Shown here: positions 38,150-50,978 of the stretch, piece after piece
Position numbering within the stretch: position 1 is the stretch's first letter
Layout: each line of letters starts with the position of its first letter
Origin: Octopus sinensis
Lineage: Eukaryota
Assembly (NCBI RefSeq): GCF_006345805.1
Contig: NC_043000.1
Coordinates: 90,644,001-90,708,000, forward strand
Reading direction: 5' to 3'
DNA: 64,000 bases
Made by a program: the position numbers and the translations under genes
The notes under the pieces: generated by a model
Told to the model about the DNA's origin: nothing
The model's input: the letters and a program-made list of their open reading frames with translations, nothing else
Databases searched by the model: none

Positions 38150-38193
38150 CACATTCATAAGCGCACACACATATACATGCATACATACATACT

Positions 38194-38252
<59 letters not shown>

Positions 38253-38296
38253 CATACATACATATATACATACATATGTATAAATATATATATATA

Positions 38297-39239
38297 TGTC
38301 ATCCTTGCTGTATGTGACCGAGTATTATCCTGATGGAAGAACACCTTTTGTCTTGAAACCGAAGATGGTTGTTTTCCTTCTAACGCTGACACAAGCTGCT
38401 CAAGCTGCTCACAGTAGATCTACTTTGTTATCATTTGGTTTGGGTTTAACAGTTTAAAATGGACTAAACCTTTCATATCCCACCAAACAGATAACACCAC
38501 TTTATGTGGATGAATACCTTCTTCAGCCTGGGGTGCCAGTGTTTCTCGTTTCTCTACCGACTGTCTTCAGTGATTGACATTTTTACAGAGAACTCATTTC
38601 TCATCACCAGTCACTATTCGGTCCAAAAAAGGTTCATTCGTGAGACGTGACAGCAAAGAAGAGCACACATTCACTCTCTGCGCGCGAATAAACTCGGAAA
38701 GTTTGTGAGAAATCAATTGACTCCAATTTGCTGGTTTTTGCCATGGCACGCAGGTGTCGATGAATGGTTGAATGACCAATTCCAAGTTTCTCTGCTAGTT
38801 CCTCAACAGTTCCGATGGGATTTTGTTCCACCAGGGTGTGCAGAACGTCGTTCTCGAGCTCTACAAAGATTCCGGGATGAGGCTCGTCTTCTAGTCTATA
38901 GTTTCCCGCTCGGAATTTCTGGAAGCACCGTTGACACTGGCATACGCTTATTGTCCGATCCCCATATACTGCATTAATATTCCTCGCACTTTCCCTTACG
39001 TTGTTGCCTTTATAGAACACATAAAGCAAAATATGCCGAATATGCTCTTTCTGACTTCCATTGTAGCTTTAAAAAAATAATTGTTAAAATCGAACTGCGC
39101 TGTTCTAAACTTTCCCTACGAATAAGAACAAGGTAAAATTACTACCTGCTTTTATTGCAATTTGAAGCAGGTAGCTTATCTCGTCCTTTTCCGACTTATA
39201 TTTCATGCAACTGAAAAACCGCATTATTTATGGGATGAC

Positions 39240-39243
<4 letters not shown>
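38297..39243 (-). mobile_element. Mariner transposon, decayed, 3' truncated at (TA)n
   Basis: TIR TA-TTGGGTCATCCCATAAATAATGCGG; HTH region ARNINAVYGD..FQKFRAGNYRLEDEP; RIVTGDEK; FHQDNTRSH. Confidence 0.9.
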
Positions 39244-39297
<54 letters not shown>

Positions 39298-39299
<2 letters not shown>

Positions 39300-40150
39300 T
39301 TATAAAATGAGATAGGGGTTGAAAATTCAACCCACCATGGGTTAATATATATCCAATATACTGCCAGATAGGTACCCAACAAGAATTAATCTAAATTTTC
39401 TTTACCTAGTGATCAGCATTTTAAACTCATAGTTATTTCGATCTTGAAAGGATGGACTTGGTGCTAACTTAACTGTATCTATTATTATTATTATTATTTT
39501 TATTATTATTATTATTATTAATATTAATAGTAATTTTTATTAACTTTCATAGCTTTAGAATTTTATGAACTGAACCATGGTTTTAATTATTATTTTTCAT
39601 CTCCCTATGTGTTAGTTTTTTTTAAAAAAACTATTAGCTAAATATGTATAATATCGGTACTTATTAATATTAGTATATACACTGATATATATTTTGTTTT
39701 ATTTTGTTCTGTTTACCTTCCTTTATTGTACCAATAAGTATTATATTATATAAGTGTAGCATTATGATGTATAAGTTTTTATATTTTTTATATTTTACAT
39801 TTTTATATTTTTATATTTATATGTATATGGTTATATTATATTTTTCACAATTATAACAAATTTAATTTAATCCTCTGAAGAGGCCGTGGGGCATCCTTGT
39901 TAATGCCTCATTTATACCTGCCTTTATGGCTTAGAGGTTAAATGAGGTATGACTGCCCTCACTGCCGAAACAGCTGTCAGTTTTGATTTAATTGCATATT
40001 ATATTTGAAAATTTTTTACTTATATCTCTTTATCTTTTTACTATTACTGTATATCTCATTTTATATAATGCCTTTACTCATATGTAATGGTGTATTAAAG
40101 TATTGATTGGGTATCATCGGATAGTTGATGTTTTATTGATTTAAGTATGT
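39298..40150 (+). mobile_element. AT-rich segment bounded by (TA)n, probable solo PLE pseudo-LTR of another family
   Basis: Contains intact hammerhead; microsatellite on both sides as for the other PLE relics. Confidence 0.5.
39869..39988 (+). ncRNA. Type I hammerhead ribozyme (intact core, long stem II)
   Basis: CTGAAGA 39875-39881; stem II GGC-C-GTG-GGGCA/TGCCC-T-CAC-T-GCC plus inner ATGCCTCATTTA/TAAATGAGGTAT; GAAA 39967-39970; palindrome ACAGCTGT; GUC cleavage after 39978; stem I short (AG/CT plus GATT/AATC). Confidence 0.75.
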
Positions 40151-40173
40151 TTCGCCATTCTCTAATTTTGTAG

Positions 40174-40210
<37 letters not shown>

Positions 40211-40235
40211 CATTCATATATTATAATATATATAC

Positions 40236-40269
<34 letters not shown>

Positions 40270-40352
40270 TATATAATATATATAAAAATATATATATAAT
40301 AATATATATATTCATATAGTATATATATATTATATAATAATATATATACTAT

Positions 40353-40384
<32 letters not shown>

Positions 40385-40402
40385 ATACATTCGTATATTA
40401 TA

Positions 40403-40448
<46 letters not shown>

Positions 40449-40542
40449 TGAATAAAAAATGGAGTTAACGCAGGTGTAATCAAATATTTATTTCTTCCGT
40501 GTTAATTGTTAACAAGGTAAAAATACACTCATCTATTTATAC

Positions 40543-40575
<33 letters not shown>

Positions 40576-40585
40576 CTATATATAC

Positions 40586-40993
40586 TCTTTTCTCTTTTAC
40601 TCTTTTACTTGTTTCAGTCATTTGACTGCGGCCATGCTGGAGCACCGCCTTTAGTCGAACAAATCGACCCCGGGACTTATTCTTTGTAAGCCCAGTACTT
40701 ATTCTATCGGTCTCTTTTTCCCGAACCGAAGTGACGGGGACGTAAACACACCAGCATCGGTTGTCAAGCAATGCTAGGGGGACAAACACAGACACACAAA
40801 CACCACAACATACATATATATATATATACGACAGGCTTCTTTCAGTTTCCGTCTACCAAATCCACTCACAAGGCATTGGTCGGCCCGGGGCTATAGCAGA
40901 AGACACTTGCCCAAGGTGCCACGCAGTGGGACTGAACCCGGAACCATGAGGTTGGTTAGCAAGCTACTTACCACACGGACACTCCTGCGCCTA
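40586..40993 (-). mobile_element. SINE S1, near-consensus full length
   Basis: Head GGCGCAGGAGTGTCCGTGTGGTAAGTAGC, B-box GGTTCAGTCCC, CORE-like GGCACCTTGGGCAAGTGTCTTC, tail (TAAAAGAG)n. Confidence 0.9.
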
Positions 40994-41059
40994 TATATAT
41001 ACATATATATATATACATATATATATATAACATATATATATATACATATATATACAACA

Positions 41060-41104
<45 letters not shown>

Positions 41105-41152
41105 TGAATTGAAGAAATGGAGCTGAACGCAGATTGAACAGAAATCGTTTTA

Positions 41153-41241
41153 TTTCATTCTACACGTGTTTCGAAAGGCACAAATTACCAAAATCCGATT
41201 GAATAATGGGACCATATTGTGTCTTTCTCATCAGGAAGAAA
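41153..41241 (-). ncRNA. Type I hammerhead ribozyme in 3' pseudo-LTR
   Basis: Stem I TTTCTTC/GAA-T-GAAA; CTGATGA (41234-41228); stem II GAAAG-A-CACAA/TTGTG-C-CTTTC; GAAA; palindrome ACACGTGT; GUA cleavage after 41161. Confidence 0.8.
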
Positions 41242-41831
41242 AAAGGAAATCCGTTGGAAACACAAAAACAGAACAGAGGCGGAGCAAAAAACAAATCGAA
41301 CTGTGCTCCTAAGAGCCCATGGCGAAACTGTTTATCAGTGTATGTTGAGAACCGGTGGCTGAAGAATTCAACGGGTCAGGCATCGGTCAATCATGTGGGT
41401 GAGGGTGTATAGATGTTCTTTGTGACCGAGAATAAAGTTCTGACTATTTAAGGAATATTGGATGTTTTATAAGGGGCGAGAAAAAAATCTACTTAGAGAC
41501 GTGTGTGTGTGTATACTGTTCTATATATGTGTGTGTTGGCGTAGGGTAGAAAACATTTTTTGTGTACGTGTGTGCGTTTGATCGTTCGGCTGTCAGTGGC
41601 TACTGCCGTGATAACCGTTGGGTGGCAGAAAGAAAAAAATAAAAAAATATTATATATATTATGTTTTATGTGTGTGTGTGTTCATCTGAGCCTGCCTTGT
41701 CAAGGAACCCCCCGCTGTGAGAAAACCAAGCCCCGTTTGTCTTACAGGAGTAATTCCCCTTGCAGTGGTTAATCGTAGATATCTTAAAGGCTATTTCAGA
41801 ATTTGTTACCAAGGGCTATGGGTGGCCGGTA

Positions 41832-44560
41832 CTATTTATAAACGCTATTTAAAGGCAGGTAAGTGTAACGCCGCCAATGGGGGCATCGAAAAGCCGACTG
41901 TAAGAGCCCGTTTACCATCCGGCCTCTGGCAAACAAAATATGGAAGAGTTCGGAGACACAAAGGTTGCACTGTCTTCTGCCCCTATCAATGGGAGGGCCA
42001 CCGACAAAATTGACCATTCCAGCCTATAGCTTAAGTTCGCATCCTTCAGTCGCCATATTAGCTTACTGAGTCCCGTGGTGGCGCTTGTTCACGTCCCGAA
42101 AAGTTGCGTAATGGTTGGAGACACGCAAAGACAATCTTGAGGATGATGCCCCTACATAAGTGAAGGCATCTGAGTCCGTGTAAACCTTGCATTGGTAGAC
42201 GGCGCGTTTTGATCTTGGAGTTCGCCGACTGAATCTTAATCTGCTAGGATTAGTTCTGAAATTAGAACTGCGTTCCTGTCACTATATTCGTTCCGAGACC
42301 TGCAGCCGCTTACTACTCTATTTTCCACTACGTCACTATTAACTATAGGAATAACCCCTGATTCTCCACTATCTATCAGAGTGCTGTCATTGCTACTGCC
42401 CGTGGTACTGCTATTGCGGAAATGATGCTGGGGATGCTAATGGGGCTCTCTACCCTACTCCCATTATTACCGTCAACCACAACACCCCTATTTATAACTA
42501 TACCCCTAGTGGGTACTCCCTGGCTGGAGCTGAGATTATGTGTCACTGTACTGGCTCTCATCTCATTATTACTACTATAATTATTCCTACTGAGCATTAA
42601 ACCGGGAGCGGAAGAGGCTGTGCCTCCGGAAAAAGGTGATAGGGTCTTAGTAAGTAGCCTATTATTATGGGAGGCGATTATCTGGGCGAGGTTTTTAGTG
42701 TTGGAGAAAAGCTATCCTAACTTTATGTGAGTTAACCGTGGAGTAATATTTGGAATTTCTGGGGAAGTTATTGGCGATGGCTTGTCTAACATGAGGGGGA
42801 GGTTAGTTCTAATCTGCTTACCAAAGGGGATTACAAACCATATATGCTTATTCCTATCAGTGTGATGGGTCGGGACGCCAGCTCTCGCATTCGGGTGGGT
42901 GATTCGCGGATGAAAACGGGTCTTGGGTTAGTGTAAGACCTCCCGGACCGATAATTATCCTTGTTCGCTAAATTAAATGCGGGAGCGACTACCCCGGCAT
43001 CCGCCGCGCTCCCGTCCTTACTTAAAATGTTAATGTTATTATATACGGCCCTATCCTGATGACCGAATGATGGCATCGGAAGGGGGCCGGATCAATATAA
43101 ATTACCTTCTGCCTATAACCGGCCTTGGATAGTGCGGCGTTATAAAATTCCGCTTTCTGCATAAAATATCGGCACTGGCGGACAAGCCAGACAATCTTAG
43201 AGAGATGTTTTTAACCAAATTGTCTGTTACGGGTTTGGGCATGATTTGAGAAGACACTGACATACTTCAAATTAGTGGAAGGCTTATGGTAAGGGCAGTA
43301 TGAGTCGCTATTAAGGTTAAGTGTAACGTCTAGGAAATTAGCCTTGGTGAGTTCATTATCAAAAACTATACTCATGCCCATTCTATTAAAAAACCTAGCT
43401 AACCTGCTCTTAGTTTTCTGCACTATTCTGTTCGTGGTGTTTTGCAGGTAAAACAGACAATCGTCACGATACAGGCCGCCCGCGATCTCCGGGAATTGGT
43501 CGGACAATTCGTAGAGAATATATATTCCGACCAAATCGGCTATCTTGCGCACTATCCGAACTAACCATAGGCACATCAAATTCATTGGGAGTATCTTTAC
43601 GGATCCACAACTTATTATCAAACTTAATAAACGATTTCCTGGCAACTAAAATGATATCTATCTCTTCTCTGGTGAGGCCAGCCTTGTTGTGAGCATGCCA
43701 GAGGGCCTTATTTAGCACACTAGGGTTAATCGAGGGGTAGAAGCTGGCGATATCAAACTGAATGAACCTAGTACGGTTCTTATTGGGGATGGAAGAGAAC
43801 CACTTCACTACCTGCGAGGAGTTGGCCCAGAGGCTGAGCTTCAGCTTGTTTACTAAACTAGGGATATATTTATCTAAAATGTACTTACTGATTATCCCGA
43901 TATCAGATCTAGCAGGGCATATGAGTCTTAGCGCTGGGTTGGTGTGGAGTTAGGTTTATGGTCCTTCACTATAAATCTGGGTTGCTTGGGGCTAAGCGGC
44001 TGAGTTCTCATTTGAATTCGGTGTTTAAATATTATATCCTTAATTCCAAGTTTACCTTCCTCAGGGTACTCCAATTGGTTTTTCTATAATTTTTCTTGAT
44101 CTCTTTATCGAGTAAATCTAGGTACTGCTTAATGGGCATCTTGTATGTGTTCCTGGTCTTGTCGGACTGGACCAGGACTCCGTCCGTTCTATTAATGTCC
44201 TTGGTAATTTTATCTAGGTATCTGAGGTGGGCATTTCTCCTGGGTGACTTCCTGAACTTAATCTTTCTAACTATGTCCCACAAGTCGTCCAAACTTCTTC
44301 AGTCTGGGGTTCGGTGGCGGCGTATCCAATGTTTTTTAAAAAGCCGGCCGTATTCGGACGATGCTGTTGTCCGGTTCGATTTTAGATCTTCGTTCTCGTG
44401 GAAGAAAATGAGCCATCTTATCCGGTTTATGAATGCGTTGGTTTTACAAACCAACTCCTTAAGGAAGGCATCCTTTGGTGGTATAGGAATATCCTTAAGG
44501 ACGCATCAATCTCGAACAACTCCATTATTGGCATCGGTTAAAGTAGCAGTTTCTTGACGA
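41832..44560 (-). pseudogene. PLE reverse transcriptase-GIY-YIG endonuclease ORF, frameshifted
   Basis: N-term IPIPPKDAFLKELV..FINRIRW; QSDKTRNTY; FIQFDIASFYPSI; FDVPM; GGLYRDD; NFLDVTLNL; EN RAVYQCKV..TYVG..RVSNHYATF..CNLCVSE. Confidence 0.9.
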
Positions 44561-44783
44561 AGCGGTATGTATTATGTGAAATAGAAAGATGAATAATCTT
44601 GTAGTAGATTAATCAAAAGTTTAACCGATACCTTAGTAGCAAAAATCACAGCAGTAAACAGCACGGTTGGAGGTACAACCATCTGGCGTTGCAACCGTGC
44701 GTTGGTGCGGATAATTGAAATTAAAACATTATTGGTGAATTGAAGAAATGGAGCTGAACGCAGATTGAACAGAAATCGTTTTA

Positions 44784-44871
44784 TTTCATTCTACACGTGT
44801 TTCGAAGGCACAAATTACCAAAATCCGATTGAATAATGGGACCATATTGTGTCTTTCTCATCAGGAAGAAA
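44784..44871 (-). ncRNA. Type I hammerhead ribozyme in 5' pseudo-LTR
   Basis: As 41153-41241 but with one T missing from the stem II 3' arm. Confidence 0.75.
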
Positions 44872-45404
44872 AAAGGAAATCCGTTGGAAAACAAAAACAG
44901 AACAGAGGCGGAGCAAAAAAACAAATCGAACTGTGCTCCTAAGAGCCCATGGCGAAACTGTTTATCAGTGTATGTTGAGAACCGGTGGCTGAAGAATTCA
45001 ACGGGTCAGGCATCGGTCAATCATGTGGGTGGGGGTGTATAGATGTTCTTTGTGACCGAGAATAAAGTTCTGACTATTTAAGGAATATTGGATGTTTTAT
45101 AAGGGGCGAGAAAAAATCTACTTAGAGACGTGTGTGTGTGTATACTGTTCTATATATGTGTGTTTGGCGTAGGGGTAGAAAACATTTTTTGTGTACGTGT
45201 GTGCGTTTGATCGTTCGGCTGTCAGTGGCTACTGCCGTGATAACCGTTGGGTGGCAGAAAGAAAAAAAAAAAAAAATATATATTATATTATGTTTTATGT
45301 GTGTGTGTGTTCATGTGTGTGTTTACTGCTGTGATTTTCGCTACTAAGGTATCGGTTAAACTTTTGATTAATCTACTACAAGATTATTCATCTTTCTATT
45401 TCAC

Positions 45405-45445
<41 letters not shown>

Positions 45446-45504
45446 ATATATATATATATATTATATATATTTATTATATATAAAAAGCTATCCACGGAGT
45501 GCTG

Positions 45505-45730
45505 CAAGGCCCAGTGGTGTCGATTCCCCGACCGGGCGTTGTGAGTGGTTATTGAGCGAAAACAATAAAAAAGCTCCACGATGCTCCCCGCAGGCGGGTG
45601 GTGATCCTGCTGTACTCTTTCACCACTCTCTTCTTCTGTTGGCCTGGCACGCTTAGCCAGCGGACGGTGGCGTCACGATCGAAGGCTAAGAGAATGCGGA
45701 ACGCATTGTTCAGCGATGTGTAAACGGTTT
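45505..45730 (+). mobile_element. SINE S3, diverged (tail type b)
   Basis: GACCGGGCGTTGTGAGTGGTTATTGAGCGAAAAC...GCTTAGCCAGCGG. Confidence 0.7.
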
Positions 45731-45959
45731 CGGCGAGCTGTATGTATATATTCCTCCATGCATACATTAACGTAGCTTACTGGTTAGGTTGATAGGTCAC
45801 ATTTTACAAATGTGTGGCTTCGATTCTTGGATCACGTGATGCGTTTTGTCCTTTTAGCTATATTAGTTTTCCATGTAGAGAAGCAGAAGGGAAACTACAG
45901 TACATGGATACGCATTACAGTTTTTTCTTCCAGTGTATGAAGATGCACATGGAGCTATA

Positions 45960-47400
45960 AATACTATTTGTATGACATGTAATTTAAATCGCACAAATCT
46001 GGTTATCTATCTGTCTTTGTCTGTTTGTCTTCCTCTCACTTTCTCTCTAATTTTTATTCTATATATATACGCATACATACATACACTCACACACGTACAT
46101 ATCCACACACACGAAAAAATACACGCACCCGTGCACACACATGAACGCACATATACCTCCCACATATACCACACACATACAACGCAATATATGCACATAT
46201 GCACACACACATACTTCCACACGCATACACACACGCACATACACACGCACACACACGCAGGCACATAAACGCACACACACGCACACATACACAGACATCC
46301 ACATACACCCACGTACACACACATACACGCACACGCGAACACACATACGTACACAAACGCACACACACATACGCATGCACAGGAATGCACAGATACCTAA
46401 CCCACACAACCCCACGCATACACAGACACACACCTATATACACGCACACATGCACACATGACTCGACACACAACTCCACGTTCACACACACATATACACA
46501 CGCACGCACATACACAAATGCACACACGCACATACACACACATATACATACGCATATACACACACATACACACGTACGTACACATACATACACACACTCG
46601 CATATGTACGCATAAATACCTCTCCCACACACAACACACATTCATACAGATACGCACACAATTACACACACATGTGCACACACACATACATACGCGCACA
46701 CACGCACGCACGTACATATACACAGGAACGCACATATACCCATACACAAACCCCCCACACAACCCTACGCACACAGGCATACACAACCTCACATACACAC
46801 ATACGTATACATACACACAATATATACATACACGCGCACACACATACACATACGCACACACATATAGACGCACATGCACACACACACACATGAATGCACA
46901 CATACCAAACACTCACAACATCACGCATATACGTATACACACCTACATTCACACACACATATAAGCATGCACACATACACACACACACAACTACACGTAC
47001 ATACACACACACACTCCCACACAGGCGCACACGCATACACGCACAAGCATACACGCACACGCATACACGCACACGCATACACGCACACGCATACACGCAC
47101 ACGCATACACGCACACGCATACACGCACACGCACATATAGAAAAATCGCACATATACCTACCCACACAACCCCTTGTTCACACATACACACGAATACACA
47201 CATGCACATACAAGCACACGCATGCACATACAGAGTAACTTGCATTTACTCCACAGACGCAACCCCCACATAACCTCACGCGTACACATATACACACACG
47301 TATACACACACGTATACACACAGACACACTGCATACAAAACACACACGCACTACATATACATACACGCACACACACATACTTCAAACTACCAGTTAAACA
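45960..47400. repeat. Long degenerate (CA/TA/CG)n low-complexity tract with higher-order repeats
   Basis: Recurring GAA(C/T)GCACA(T/G/C)ATACC-like motif at 46143, 46383, 46726, 46892, 47144. Confidence 0.85.
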
Positions 47401-47659
47401 CCTTTCTACTGACCATTCTCCTACACAACAGACAACCACTCCTACCAAAATTCTTACTATAACTTCTTCCTGCGACCTTAAGCGACTCTAGTCCAACCAC
47501 ACACTACATAAACAGCCACACACACACACGCACATACATGTGCTATCCTTATCCCATTCCCACAGACCTGCGCACACGCACATACCCACACATACCTCCT
47601 TCTCTTGCACTCACCTTTCTTAGAAAGAACTTTTTCTTCAGCCATTCCCTTCCGGTTAT

Positions 47660-47862
47660 TTCAATACGCGACCGCGTGTGTATCGTTGGCGATTTTCTTT
47701 CTCCGTCTTCCCTCCTTTGGACTTTTTCTATATTTCTGACGAAGAGCTTCGATCGAAACGTAAAATCCTCTTTCTTTTCTTTTCTCTCCTGAGCGTCCAG
47801 TAACACTGTACTTATTTCACGTCCTCGCGATGTTGTTTTTTCTTGCTCGTTCATGTTTGGAT

Positions 47863-47866
<4 letters not shown>
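47660..47866 (+). mobile_element. Family A PLE-derived repeat with canonical core
   Basis: CTGACGA (47736) AGAGC-TTC-GATC GAAA CG...GAGCGTC (47797); stem I weak. Confidence 0.7.
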
Positions 47867-47936
<70 letters not shown>

Positions 47937-48629
47937 GCACATATATTGCGCACGGGCACATATATACATATATATATGAAGTAAAAACATCTCTAGTATA
48001 ATAAATATTATTAAATACATATACCAATGTATATATTTTGTGTATTTTCCAGTGCCTGCAATGGCGTAGCTGAGTATATAACTCTCATGTCGCCGGTGTT
48101 AAAACACCTTAGAGTCTTACGACTGAGGATGAGTTATCTCGCCTGTCCATGACTCTAATATGCTTTATATTAACATCATCATTTATATAATTCTGTAACT
48201 AAACAACATACGTAATTAAATATATCTATCTTTCTCTGGGTAACCTGTTACGCTTGAATGAATTATGTATGTTAATTATATAATTACAAATAAGGACTGG
48301 CTTTCTGCTGTATTGAGGCAGAGATCATTAATAACCCTATGTAAAATGTATCCTTTCCCAATGCGATCTATTCTAAATATGTTACTTTCAACTATCGTAT
48401 TTGCCAATCCTCTTTATACATGCAGGTTTATTCTTTCAATATTTATTGCATTGTACTGGAGTTTAACTGTTACATATTGTCCACATAGTTTCATGATGCG
48501 TACAGATCAACTCAGGACACATGCATTGTACAATATAGATATACCTCAACTATGTATATATGTATGTATGCATGTATGTATGTATACATATATACATGTA
48601 TATATACATAATATGTATATATGTATCTC

Positions 48630-48707
<78 letters not shown>

Positions 48708-49374
48708 ATTAGTATCTACATGTGTACAACTGGAAGGCATTTGATCTATGTAACAATACAAAAAATGTTCCATTAACGATCTGTTGCGTTTCAGCATCTA
48801 ACTGAGCTTAGAACATTCATTGCAGATGTTGTAAAAATCGAAATGTTGAAACGTACGTAGGGAACAGATGTTATAAACCTGTGTTCATCATATATTACGT
48901 ATGTATATACATGTGTGCATATATATATATATGTATGTATACATCATAATATATATGTATATGCATAATATGTATATATACAATTATATATATTTATGTA
49001 TATACATACATTTATTCTTACACACAAACACAATACCATGCACACCAGGACTCCTTCATTTTACGAACGTTTTGAACTCAGATCCCTCTGACGTCGATAC
49101 AGACAACACCCTCTCTTTAATTACCCTTTCCCGCCACCCCTTTCCTCCTCTTACTCCTCTTCCTTCCCCATCCTCGCCCTCTCCTACTCCTCTTCCCTCA
49201 TACTCAAATAATAATTTCTATCGTGCCTCGTCAGAAACTTATCACTCTCTGTTGTGTTCTGTGTTTTCAATAATTATGCTCTCTACGAGAACGATAAAGA
49301 TACAAACACTGAATAATGTCCTGCATACATAAATGTATGGTTATATGCCCCTCTCTCTCTCTTTCTCTCTCTCC

Positions 49375-49431
<57 letters not shown>

Positions 49432-49693
49432 GATCAGTTAGTGTCACTACTAATGAAAAAATTTTTTTTTCTGACTGTTAACCTCATCATTGGTTGTTTT
49501 TTTTCTTCTGTTTCTTCTTTTCCATTCGTCATCAGGTGTCATGTATAAGTAAGTACATGTTCTCGGGCTGAGATTGGACTCACGAACCTTCGTTTCCCGC
49601 AGGGTTCGCCAGCTCTTATTCACTATACCTAACTAATACATCTGTAAATGTGTGAATCTAACTACCTATCTATATATTACAGACACAGACACA

Positions 49694-49734
<41 letters not shown>

Positions 49735-49753
49735 CACACACTCATATATATGC

Positions 49754-49790
<37 letters not shown>

Positions 49791-49805
49791 TATATATATA
49801 TACAC

Positions 49806-49842
<37 letters not shown>

Positions 49843-50504
49843 CGTACATACGTATATGTATATATATATGTATATACATACATAAAAAATATATATGTAT
49901 ATATATATATAATGTATTTACTAAGATTTTGTCCGTTGAACAACACCTCCCCAACCAATGTCAAACTTGTCTCTCTCTCTCAATGTAATTACACTGACCT
50001 GATAGGCTAATTTTTTGCGCCTTATTAAAATGTCAACGCATATTCCCTGGGCACTACTGTACAGCAAACACAGACATACACGCACATGCGCACAGTGGCA
50101 AACCAGACATATACAGTCACTCAGTCACATCACATAAACACAAACACAGCCTCAAACAAACGCATTAACTCATAAAAAGAAGCATAACTAAAAGAGAAAA
50201 GAAATATATGTAAATAAAAAAAAAAAGAAATCTTCACTTTATGTCGATTCGTGTTCGGATTATCAATTATCTTCTACATTAATATAGTTTCACAGAATAC
50301 ACACGAACATATAAAAAATTGAAGAATATGAGTTAAAAAATGGTAAAGAAAACTAATAACGTCCTACAAAACTTCAGTAGAAAATAAAAGAAGTAAAGTA
50401 AAACATGGAAAAAAAAAAACGAAAAAAAATAGATGTTTGGGTATGATTTTTAGATGTTTGAGATAAAAAATAGGAGTCGGTTCCTTGGTTCTAATACTCA
50501 CATC

Positions 50505-50727
50505 TTATGTCTTTTATCTGTTTCAGTCATTGGACTGCGGCCATGCTGGTGCATCAGCTTGAAGAATTTCTTTTAGTCGATTGAATCGACCCTAGCACTT
50601 GCTTTATATTTTATAAAGCCTGGTTCTTATTCTATCGATCTTATTTTCCGAGCCGCTAGTTAAACGAGGACGTCGGCAAACTAGTACCGGTTGTCAATAG
50701 TGGTGGTGGACACACAGGCCAAAAGGT

Positions 50728-50762
<35 letters not shown>

Positions 50763-50788
50763 CACATGCACAAATATACACACACATA

Positions 50789-50825
<37 letters not shown>

Positions 50826-50968
50826 TGATAAAAACTTGCTTACTAACCACATAGTTCCAGGTTCAGTCCCACTACGTGGAACCTTGGGCGGGTGTTTCTA
50901 CCATAGCATCGGGCAGACCAAAGGCTTGTGAGTGGGTTTGGTAGACGGAAACTGAAACAAGCCAGTTG
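50505..50968. mobile_element. SINE S1 fragments in opposite orientation (3' half minus 50505-50730; head plus 50822-50968)
   Basis: Matches S1 tail and head/CORE-like domain. Confidence 0.7.
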
Positions 50969-50978
50969 TATATATATA

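Larger units (their letters stand above)
41101..45314 (-). mobile_element. Near full-length Penelope-like retroelement with two direct pseudo-LTRs
   Basis: 41101-41685 repeated at 44732-45314; RT plus C-terminal GIY-YIG between them; 3' end abuts (TA)n. Confidence 0.92.

Noticed and set aside
41832-44560. Selenoprotein-encoding (Naiad-type) PLE explaining in-frame stops
   Set aside because: The endonuclease is C-terminal here, and the breaks are frameshifts and mixed stop types rather than consistent in-frame TGA
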